Program-made: the position numbers and the translations under genes
Notes under the pieces: model-generated
Database searches by the model: none
What the model was told of the DNA's origin: nothing
Seen by the model: the letters and a program-made list of their open reading frames with translations, nothing else
NCBI RefSeq assembly: GCF_022539665.2
Contig: NC_081334.1
Coordinates: 2,046,001 to 2,110,000, forward strand
Reading direction: 5' to 3'
DNA from: Daphnia carinata
Taxonomy: Eukaryota
Length of the DNA: 64,000 bases
Shown here: piece by piece, positions 40,257 through 50,600 of the stretch
Layout: each line of letters opens with the position of its first letter
Numbering within the stretch: the first letter of the stretch is position 1

Positions 40257-40401
40257 AAATGTGAATATATCAAGATTTTGGTGGGCAACCACCAACATAT
40301 CCTAGCAACCAAAAGTAGTTTCATGTTACTATGCCCACGTAGAACATCGATCGATTCCCTTAAACTAGGAACTAATTGTTGAATTACTATTCGTTCTTCA
40401 C
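40257..40401 (-). ncRNA. Candidate intronic H/ACA-type RNA (snoRNA/scaRNA)
   Basis: Two hairpin regions with ANANNA matches (ATAGTA/ACATGA) in the hinge. The 3' hairpin has a TTTTGGT/ACCAAAA stem above an internal loop, followed 13 nt later by ACA+TTT. It lies ~80 nt upstream of a candidate acceptor at 40176. Folded by eye only. Confidence 0.35.
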
Positions 40402-40599
40402 AAATTAAATATAAAAAATATCTGACCAAACCACCACGAGATACTGTCATGCTATCTATAGAGCGAGAAGCTCTCATGAAGTATGTCATTCTTTCGTATT
40501 ATTAAAAGCCAAAAAACAATGCTCAATTCTTCCAAACGACTAAAACTTAACCTAAAACTAGAAGATAAACCGAGAACTTACTTGAAGTTGTCTAAAGTC

Positions 40600-40809
40600 G
40601 AGGAAAATGGAAAACTAAATACAAATTTCGTGGTAGAGACAGTTCGATTTGTACGAATTATCAATCGATGTTAACTAATCACTATCGATCTTCATTTTTA
40701 CCGGCCGGCGTTTAGGAAAGCTATTGGCAACGTTGTACTTTTAGCGTCAAAATGGAACTCGACGGAAAAAAATATTAACGAGGACATATTCCGTCCGTAA
40801 AAAAAAAAA
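40600..40809. promoter_or_regulatory. Putative bidirectional promoter (micro-ORF gene / Srp54)
   Basis: About 200 bp between divergent 5' ends. DRE-like TATCGAT at 40683-40689 and ATCGAT near 40664. Confidence 0.5.
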
Positions 40810-43098
40810 ATGACTGGAAGTACCAGCAGTAATAGTAGCAACAATGATAGTTATGCAGTAAGTATAGTGTTTTAGGTATTATTTCAGAAACACTTGACTT
40901 CATATTCTAATATACGATTCAGGACAAGATTGTTCAAGTCACTAATGTCGCACCTCAAGCCAACAAAGAGCAGATGCAAACATTGTTTGGCATAATCGGG
41001 AAAATCGAAGATCTCAGACTCTACCCAACTTTGTAAGAAAAAATTTTTTTTGTCCACATTTCTACACGTGACTGAATTGTATTGTGAACTCCTTACAGAC
41101 GGGACCTAAACGCTCCAGTTCAGCTTCGTATATGTTTTGTGAAATATGCAGATCCTAACGATGTGCCAGTAGCACTTCATTTGAGCAATACAGTTTTCAT
41201 TGACAGAGCTGTAAGTGTGACACTTTATCATGGAAGTAAGTCTAATACTGTTCATTCATATATTCATAGCTTTATTTCTATTTTGTACCGTTTCCAGATG
41301 AACTTCCCGATGAAGCAAAAGGTGTAGAAATTCTGAACTCTTCAAGTGGTTTTGGGTCAAGTGAGCCTAAGCTTCCAGCTACTCTTACTAATCAGGTTTG
41401 TTCTCAATATTTGGAGTTTTAATGTGTGTTTTACGTTATTCCCTGAAATCCCTAGATTGAAGGTAATCCACCTCATCAAGTTATTCGCACTCTGGATCCA
41501 AGATTATCCATTCACAATTTGCCAAATTACCCCTTGCTACCTGCCTCGACAGATGGCCGTCGGTTGGAGGAGATTCGCCGAACCGTTGTCGCCATCAACC
41601 TAGACCCTTCGGTAAGATTCGTTCTCTGGAAGTCAAGAACTTTTGAGAAATAATCGTTTTAAATTAGCGTTCAGCCAAGCAAGTTATAGACTTCTTTTCG
41701 TCTGCCGGCGAAGTCAAATATTTCCGCTTTTGCACCAAGCATGGAGATGACATCCAGTATGCAATGATTGAATTTGTTGAACAAGAGTCGGTCGTTCCTG
41801 CTTTAAAACTGAACAATAAGCAGTTTGGGGACAACATCATCAAGTAATTATTGCGACGATAACACATATTATAACAAAAAAATCAACAGCGAAGTATTGA
41901 TACTATTTCTTGTTTCGCAGAGTTCATCATTCCACACAGTCTATTATAAAACCCGTGCAGCAAACAAAATCCAATGAAGCGGCTCAGAAAGAAATAGAAG
42001 AAGCTGTCAACCGTGTCAAGGAGGCCCAACAGTTGATTCCTGTTCCATTGTCTCAAGAAGACATACCTGGTACTATAATTTTATGGCACTTTATTTGCAA
42101 GGATGGTCGTTGTAGTTTTATTCCTAACTAGAAAAAGAAAAGGAAAAAGAAAAGGTTGTAATGGAAGTCGAAAAGGAAAAGCCGAAAATTGTGGAAAAGG
42201 AGAAGGAAAAAGAAAAAGAGAAGGAAAAGGAAAAAGAAAAAGAGAAGAGTACAAAGAGAAGTCGCACACGTAGCAAAAGCCGTTCTCGATCAAGGCACCG
42301 GTCATCTTCCCGCTCACGGCGTCGTCGCTCGCGGTCTAAATCGCGGGAGCGTAGGAAGAGATCCCGCTCACGTTCCCGTAGGCGAACGCGCTCACGATCA
42401 AAATCAAAAGAACGAAGAAAGAGATCACGCAGCCGAGAGAAGAAACGATCCCGAAGCCGCGATCGTCGTCGCCGTAGCCGCTCTCGTTCACGGTATTGCA
42501 ATAACCAAAATATTATTATTACCTTTGGGTGAACACAATGGCCCTTAGTATAAAAAACATTTTCGGTAGTTCAAGGAAGGAAGAAGAGCCCTCGTCCGAC
42601 AAGGGACCGCCGTGATCGTTCACCAAAAGAGCGGACAAAAGACAAGGATAGAGACAAGCCAAATAAGGATAAAGAGAAGGATAAGGACAAAGAGAAGGAG
42701 TCCAAGTCCCGCGACAAGGACAAGGGCCGCGACAAAGACAAGAAAGATCGTGAAAAGAAGGAAAAGAAAAGAGACAAGAAGGAAAAAGAGCGAGAACGTG
42801 AAAAGGAGAGAGACAGGAAACCGAAAAGTCCAGCTAGCAAAGAAGATTCATCCACTGACGAAAAGGTAAATTGATTTGAGTTGATTTTTGCTCACTGAGA
42901 ACGACAATGAATCGAGGCGTCCCGAAAGTCCTTCAAAAAATGCGTTCGCTCAGCATTTAAAAAAATTTCATGTTTCGATTTTTATAGGAAATCAATGAAC
43001 GCAACAGTGCGCGACGATCTACCCCTCCATCACCTCCACCATCGAAAAGTAAGAGTCGACGTCGCTCAAAATCTGGTAGTCGAGGCCGCTCGCGCTAA
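40810..43098 (+). CDS. Srp54: SR-related splicing factor Srp54 / SREK1 / SRSF11 family (2 RRMs, EK and RS domains)
   Basis: MTGSTSS..|DKIVQVTNVAPQANKEQMQTLFGIIGKIEDLRLYPT..ICFVKY..HLSNTVFIDRA. RRM2: EEIRRTV..AGEVKYFRF..YAMIEF. Then KSNEAAQKEIEEA, EK repeats and a long RS tract. Stop TAA at 43096-43098. Confidence 0.93.
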
Positions 43099-43874
43099 GC
43101 AGTCCGTATTTCATGTCTTTTTTTTAAGGAGTTAAATAACCTCTCTCTAGAATCCATTTGGAATTTCATCAATAAACTCATTCAACCCTTAGTTGCAGAA
43201 CGGTTAGCAGCAGTGCCAGGTGTAAGTCCACGAAAAATCTCGTCTTGGTGTGTGGTGAAAAAAAAAACACACAGGCCAAGATTTGATGAAGATTACCATT
43301 AACAATGTTAAAAATAATCGTGCAAGGAGGGTTGGATCCTTAACGTCTGGATCCTAGTGTGTAAAACAATTCCAAAACAGTTGAGCAAGCATATTTAGTT
43401 AACTAAAACGGTTTAAAGTTGCCATCGTGAAGTCATGTAGGAACGGCGACGAAGTTTATAAACGGGGAAAAGGTTCTCTAGGGCGCTTTGACTTGTTAAG
43501 CTGCTAGTTGCTAAATTGGAGTAGCTTTTTTTATAATTAACGAGCGTGTTTTTAATGACAGGTGACAAAGTAGTTGATAACTACTCCTTGCAGTTTGGAG
43601 CACTTCAGTGTATTGACATTTATCTGCGTCGCACACTAACGGCGCTCAATCAAAGCAACGTCATGTTTGTCCGTAAAAAGAAGATCACAGCCCTTTCGAC
43701 AGGTGGAAAGAGGGGAGGAGAGATGGATAATTTTACTGAGTTGAGGTGGATTGAAGTGAGGTTCAGGAACACAAATTTAGTTGGTTCTATTTTTAGTGTA
43801 CGGTAGGGCAGCAAAAGCAAATGCCACGAGGACATCGGCGCCAATAATTTCTGGTGGTAAATCCCTCATTTGTA

Positions 43875-46097
43875 TTAGTGACCGGTTTTCAAACTCTGTT
43901 TCAACGACTGAACATATGCGTCGTGAAGCTGGGTGATGAAATTTGGATCGTTCTGTTATAAAAGATGTACCCTTAAGTGTCTGCTTTTCAAGATTCATTT
44001 CAACACTTCCATTTTGTTCATTTTAGATTTACCTTGAGGAGGTAGTTGAAAGCTTGCATAAGCTGCGCTTTAGTTAATGGCGTGATCTCGTTATCTACTA
44101 GATAGGGATGGTGCGATTCCTCTTGGGGCTGGAAGGCTGGGCGTTGAACTGGTGTTTGTACGCGAACTGTTTCCACTGGTTGTTCACTGGTTCCAGACGC
44201 TGAGGTAAACATCATGGGAGACATCAAAGCTACTGACTGTAAGCCCGTGTTACGAGGAGGGGTACCACTGGTGTTTTTCTGCGATGAAGTAGTTAGGCAT
44301 AATATTGTGACGTTCGCAAAGTGCTACCCACTTATCATTACCTGCATGACTTCAGCAATATGAGGACGAATAAGGACTGCTGAGTGATTTATTAATCCAC
44401 CGGGTTTGGTTGGGACAGATGGATGCATTGGTGCCGCATGCGGCAAGGGATGCTCGCCAGTCCCATTGGCTTTCGACTATTTGGAAAGAAAATAAACCAC
44501 ACTTTACGTTTTTATTTTTTGGTTTCTAATGTAAATATTTACATTATTAAGTTTATTTTGTGCTTACCTTTTCTTTCCCTCTTAACTCTCGCTCTAGACT
44601 TTGCGCTGTATGCAATTCTGCATTCGGAATAGGTGGTGGTGGGACACCCGTGGGCGTCCCGGCCGACATAAGCCGCTCAAAAAGAGAGCCACAATGATGA
44701 AGAGGCATTTGCGTGGACTGATGAATCGGTTCCATTCCGAACAAGTCTGCTACGCTAAGTGGGGTAGATTGGGAGTTACCGCCATTGGACGTTGGACGCA
44801 GGGCGGTAGGACGGACTACATCAACGCTGCTGGAGGTGGACGCTGGCTTTCCTTTCTTCAGGAGCAAAGAAATGATCAAGTTAATATCAAATGCTGATTA
44901 TCTACCATAAATATAACGCTTCACAACCTGTTCATACTCCTGTCCCGCTTTAGTAAGCAACGACATGATATCAACGTTAGATTTTTCCTGAACGGGATTG
45001 GGCCGGCGTCTTTCGGTCTCTTCTTTAACTAGCGCTTCCAATTTTTGGGCTATTCGAGTACATTCTGATTCCTCATAAAACCACACTCCAGTGATCGATA
45101 CTGGATAAAAGTAATAAATTAATAATGCAACCTTCCAGTAAGTGAGAGAAATTGTACTTACATTTGGCATTCTTGTAGAGAAGGAATGGTGCTTGGAGTT
45201 GGATCTCCAAGTCTCTAGTGATGGGTTCCACCAGATTCTCTGTGCTCAGGCGGTTCATGACAACAAAGCCATGCTTTGGATCCCCCGACCTGAAAAATAA
45301 ATTTTCCAGAATCAGCAATAGATAGCGTAGCTATGCAAGAAGAAAAACACTGTAGTTCCAGGTTAAAAATAGAACGAAAAGTATCTGGGACTATTAGGGC
45401 TGGGGAAAAAGCCCCAACTGCCAGATTTTCAGTTCCACATTTCCTTTGGCTGGCTAGTTTACAGCCAGCTGTAAGGTCATGCACAAAGAAAATATTAAAG
45501 TGAGTTGCAATGCAATGACTAAGGAATTACATTGAAGTTAAGAAATGCTTAAGTTTGGGTGCAAGAAATTGGCTTTACAATTTTAGTTGCTCAGTCACAA
45601 CAATGTTTGGCATCCGAAAGAACACCAGTAAAGTGAAAAATGTGGACAGTTATAAAAACAAAGTTTGGTTATGAAAGTTAATACTCATCTATGATCCACG
45701 TATCAAGACAAGTGCGAAAAAGATTCGTAGCAGCTAAGAGGATTGTTGTGACAACTTCAGGACTAGTCACAACAACACAAGAGAAGAAACTAACCTTGCA
45801 TAGAGGAATAAGGTGCCTTCGACATCAGTTTTTTCCTGTAGTACAAAGGTAAGAATGTTACCAATCAACAATGATGCTATAGGCATAACTAAACCGGTGT
45901 TTTTGCGTTATGCATAACCGTATAGGGTAGGTATGACAGGAAGAGGTGACAAAGAAAACCCATCTTACCCATTCGTTGGATTGAGAATTGAATTTATAAA
46001 TAGCAACTTGAGTTCCGGTTTCGACAATTTCCACTGCGTAGGGGTCTACCCGTTTCAAGGCAGCCAGATTAACGCGAGTATCTACACTGTCGGCCAT
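43875..46097 (-). CDS. DCP1: mRNA-decapping enzyme subunit DCP1 (EVH1 domain and C-terminal trimerisation domain), 8 exons
   Basis: NLAALKRVDPY..VAIYKF..NEW|EKTDVEGTLFLYAR..VMNRLSTENLVEPI..QAPFLLYKN..GVWFY. C-terminus LTKAQLMQAFNYLLK|NDPNFITQLHDAYV. Stop at 43875-43877. Confidence 0.95.
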
Positions 46098-46600
46098 CTT
46101 AAACTTGTTTTTTAAATTTTATTTCTGGAAACACCACAACGAACGCACCAAAGACATGCTTTAGCAGCACCCTTTGATTGTACCATAATCAGTTGTCTAT
46201 CTTATTCGCATTAGAAACCAGATAAATTATTTTTCATTTAAACTGTTATTTCAAATCCTAACACGAATTACTAAACCCAAATATTTTGAGTAAAATTTTT
46301 AAAATTTTTTATCTAGTTTGATTTGACTAGCAGAGTGTTCGGCTACCCACCCCCTGTTCGAGATCGCACTAGTCGAATGGTTGGCGGGCTCTCGCGCGGG
46401 CGTGAAAGTCTTTGGTTCCCAAACAATTTACAATGTGCTTCGAAATCTGAATATTCAACAAACACTCAAGCCATAGTTTCTTCACGAATGGCTTGCAGAC
46501 TTCAGAGTCAATCTAATATCTACATATAAGTCAGTATTCTGTTTTTTTTTCTGCCAAATTTGCTCACATAGTTACACTGTGTGTTAATTATAGAAGGGTA
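46098..46600. promoter_or_regulatory. Putative divergent promoter region DCP1 / Cav1, including a likely non-coding first exon of Cav1
   Basis: Head-to-head arrangement. Plus-strand donor G|GTAAGC near 46598, and acceptor TTGCAG at 47588 just before the Cav1 ATG. Confidence 0.45.
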
Positions 46601-47601
46601 AGCCGGTTTTCCGCCAAAATTACATGGCCAAGTGTTGTCGAGCACGTTTTTAGATCGTTGAACATCTGATTAAAACTCTTTCTTTTGGCTGCTGTAAATG
46701 GTTTGCTGTGCAGAAAATGTTTTCTCTGTTCCCTTTGTACAGTTCTAAAGCCTTTGTTGCTGCTTCATTAAGTTGTTCATCGATCTTTATCGTATGTGCT
46801 CATTCTTTTGGTAAAAAGAAGACAAAAGATGTAAAACGAGCAATCGCTGCCTAAGCAAAAAGAAACTCTATTTAAAGAAGAAAGTAGATCCGTCCCAACA
46901 CTTCGTCAATACGTTGCCATCAGTCAAATTTATTCGATTCTGTTTACTGTCTTGTGAGGGGGGGGGGACTAAAGAAACGGACGGGGGAATCGAACAAGTC
47001 ATCAACTGCTGAAGGCAGGCGTGACTAGCGTGAATAACGTTTCATGCGCTTCGTTCTATTCGTCGTAAAATAAGGATGTCTGTAGTAGAATACAATATCT
47101 TTTTTCTTCGTCTCTGTTTCTCCCGCTTCATCCTATAAAGATCGTGATCTGCGTTAAAAAACTACATGGATACCAACAAAACCCAGTGCTATAATCGATG
47201 TAGAAATCTTGAGCTTATTGTGCTTTGCATGTGCCTTTTGAAGCTTGTTTTTGTTGTCGCACATGTTCTCACCACGAACCAGAGTGAGCTGGATGAACGT
47301 CCATTTTTAGTTTAAGCATTAATAAATTATCAACGTGAAATGCATCCCCGCTCCCACTGAATTTCGTGCTGTATTGCAATAAGGTTTCCACACCGGTTGG
47401 GAAACCTGTACCAACTATGTATTTGTTAAGTAATGGAATATCGATCCTCTGGAGCGTGTGTGTACCTTCGTCGGAAGGGCAAGCAAACCGATGAATTACT
47501 AATTGGCAACATATTCTGACGCGAGTCCATGCCATTCCATTTGCTGTATGTTTAATTCTTCCTGACATTGTTGCATTTGTTTGTTGCAGAGCCCGTAGAT
47601 C

Positions 47602-50600
47602 ATGATGGAGAGTCAAAATGGGTTGGCTACGTCTCCGGAGACCGCGGTTGTGTCTGCAACTCCCGCCGCGGCTTTAGGCATTGCCGCCACAGTGACAGCA
47701 TCACCAGCTACTGGCGGGCCGGCGAAAAGTCTGGCAGAAGCCGAGGCTGCCGCCGCCGCTGCCGCTGCTGCTGCCAAGAGAAAGGCCATGAGTCGGAGAG
47801 GCAAACCGCCTCCGGAACGACCGCCAAGAGCCCTCCTCTGCCTCTCTCTCACCAATCCGGTGCGCAAGCTCTGCATCAGCGTCGTCGAGTGGAAATATCC
47901 TTTTCATTATTAATAACGAGCTCGTTAAATTTGAGCTCGAATACTTTCAGTTCAATTTACCTGTCTCTTTAAGTTGTTTTTCTTTTAAAAGTTATTCAAT
48001 TGGCTATGATGTCCTTAACCATTGTCGTTGCGCACACCGTTCGAGTATCTGATCCTGTTGACCATCTTCGCCAATTGCGTGGCCTTGGCCGTCTACACGC
48101 CGTACCCCAACGGGGACTCTAACATTACCAATGCCTATTTGGTGAGTACAGTTGTCCTTGCTCGACTGACGTTTCTCACTTGGCTGCACGTAAAAATGTT
48201 GGTTTCAAATTGATCTCCCTGGCGACGCCTCCCTTTTGGCCTTGTTTCGGCATTTTTCTAGCAAGTAAGAGGAAAAAAGAAATGAAAAAAAAATTCCTTG
48301 GCGATCGACGCATTGTTGTGTAAAATCGAGTTAGTACCAAACTGTCTATAGATTGATTCTTAACTGATCGAATTATTGATCCCGCCCCGTTTTTTTTGTA
48401 CCGTTAGTGGACGCAAGAGCACCATCGTTCCATTAGCTTACATTTTAATGCGTAAATCTTTAGCCGGATGACCCGGATCGTTGGACACGTAGTGGCATTT
48501 CTGTCTAACAAGAAGAAGAATGGCTTAAGTTTTTCGTTGTGTGATGATCGATTAGGTCAACCTGTTGGGTTGGGTTATCGATCCAGCGTCGAAAAACATT
48601 ACCCTTCGACTACTTGTAGCATTCTGAAAATCAAGTGGCAAACTCACGACTTTTGTTCCAAAGTTGGTGACGATAGTGTTCCTCTTTCAGTTCGAATCCT
48701 CCCTTCTAGTAATGGAAAACTGGCTAGGATCTCGAGAGCTCACAACCCCTCGCAGTCTGAAATGTTACTTGATTTGTCTGGGCTCTATTTTATTTAAAAT
48801 AATCGAATGGGGAGTGGCGAATCGATAGAATGTACGGGGTGGGGGAAGGGCAGCTGGTGTGGGTTTGGGAGGCAGGGCATTCTGTGGATCGATACGGCGT
48901 GTCTTTCTAACCGCTTTTATCTTCCACCTCGGTCGGAAGTTCTCCGTTCTTGTCATCATTCATTCGCCAGCTGAAAAGACGGGTCTCAATGGATGTCTCT
49001 TTTTTTTCCCTTTGCTTTTCTTCTTCATTTCAATCATTCTGTACATTTTTGTTGACAGGAAAAAGTGGAATATGTCTTTCTGGTTATTTTCACCATCGAA
49101 TGCGTCATGAAAATCATCGCCTATGGGTTCGTGGCTCACAGCGGCGCCTACCTACGCAATACGTGGAACTTGCTTGATTTCACCATTGTCGTCATCGGGT
49201 ATTGACACATTGTTCCCTCCTGTCTGTGCAAACACATGTCTACTTGATTAAACTGTTTGTTTCTTTTTGCTCTCTCCAATTTTTTTTTTTAACAGCGCCG
49301 TCAGCACAGCCCTGTCGACCATGATGAAAGACGGCTTCGATGTCAAGGCTTTGCGGGCATTTCGCGTCCTGCGGCCCTTACGACTCGTCTCCGGCGTCCC
49401 TAGTAAGTGTCTATCGTGATCGATTTATTTTTTTTTCTGGGGACTAGTTCACCATGTGTGGAGCGAGATGTACGTGCATGGTGCGTGTGTATATATAAAT
49501 AGACAGGAAGTTGAGGGGTAAGTGGAGAATGGCATCTCTCAAAAGGAGAGGATGCGAGAAGGAGTTTGACGGCTCGTCAATGCGGAAACTTTTTGTATCT
49601 CTTTTAAAGACGAGAAGTTTCCCGCTTCTTCGACAAATCTATCCCTGGTGGTTTGTTCTCTGAACAGCTGGCTATAAATTACACCATGTTCTAACGGCAT
49701 TCTTGCTGAAAAGAAGAATTTAATGGCATTTTCTTTCATTCGGCATAGAATGCAGTTTAATCTCAATGTTATTTCTTATTTTTGAATAGGTTTGCAAGTG
49801 GTGTTGAATTCCATATTGAAAGCGATGGTGCCACTTCTTCACATTGCTCTGCTGGTCATATTCGTAATCATCATTTACGCCATCATCGGTCTGGAATTAT
49901 TTTCGGGGAAACTGCACACAACTTGCTACGATCCCGAAACTGGTGAGACCCTACATTTATCAATCATGCACGTAGATGTTGTCACTGTTGTTGTTTTTGG
50001 CGACGCGAAAAGGCGACATGATGAAAGACCCTCATCCGTGCTCCAATTCGAGCGGCGTAGGATTCGACTGCGCAAACATCGGGATGGTCTGTTTGCCCGA
50101 CTGGGAGGGACCCAACGATGGCATCACTAATTTCGACAACTTTGGCCTGGCCATGCTGACCGTGTTCCAGTGCGTCACGCTCGAGGGTTGGACCGACGTA
50201 CTGTATCAAGTAAGTTTTGGTCACGTGCCATTTACCCTTCGTCATGCTTCCCAATGCACACACACGGATAAAAGAGGGGGAAAGGAATATAATCTCACAT
50301 TTCATAGGAAATATTCAATTCGCTACCGAATTTCAGTTCTACTAAAGAAAATGCGGAGATCCTTATTCAAACAAACTCGTTATTCGACGATGAAAGATAC
50401 ATTTGGCTTAAATCACGATGCAGGGAAAACTTTAAACGTATCCATGCGTGATTTCATAATTAACTTCGCTTCGTCTATTCTGCGTTTCAAAGAATGTACG
50501 TATCGTCAAGCATCACGTATTGCCGTTGTGGTTAATGGTTTGGGTCCAAAACCTGTTCAGAGTCATTAGCGTATTTGCTACTGCGTGAGGGCGATATTGA

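Noticed and set aside
42124..42855. Antisense ORFs opposite the Srp54 RS/EK region
   Set aside because: Shadow frames of low-complexity coding sequence.
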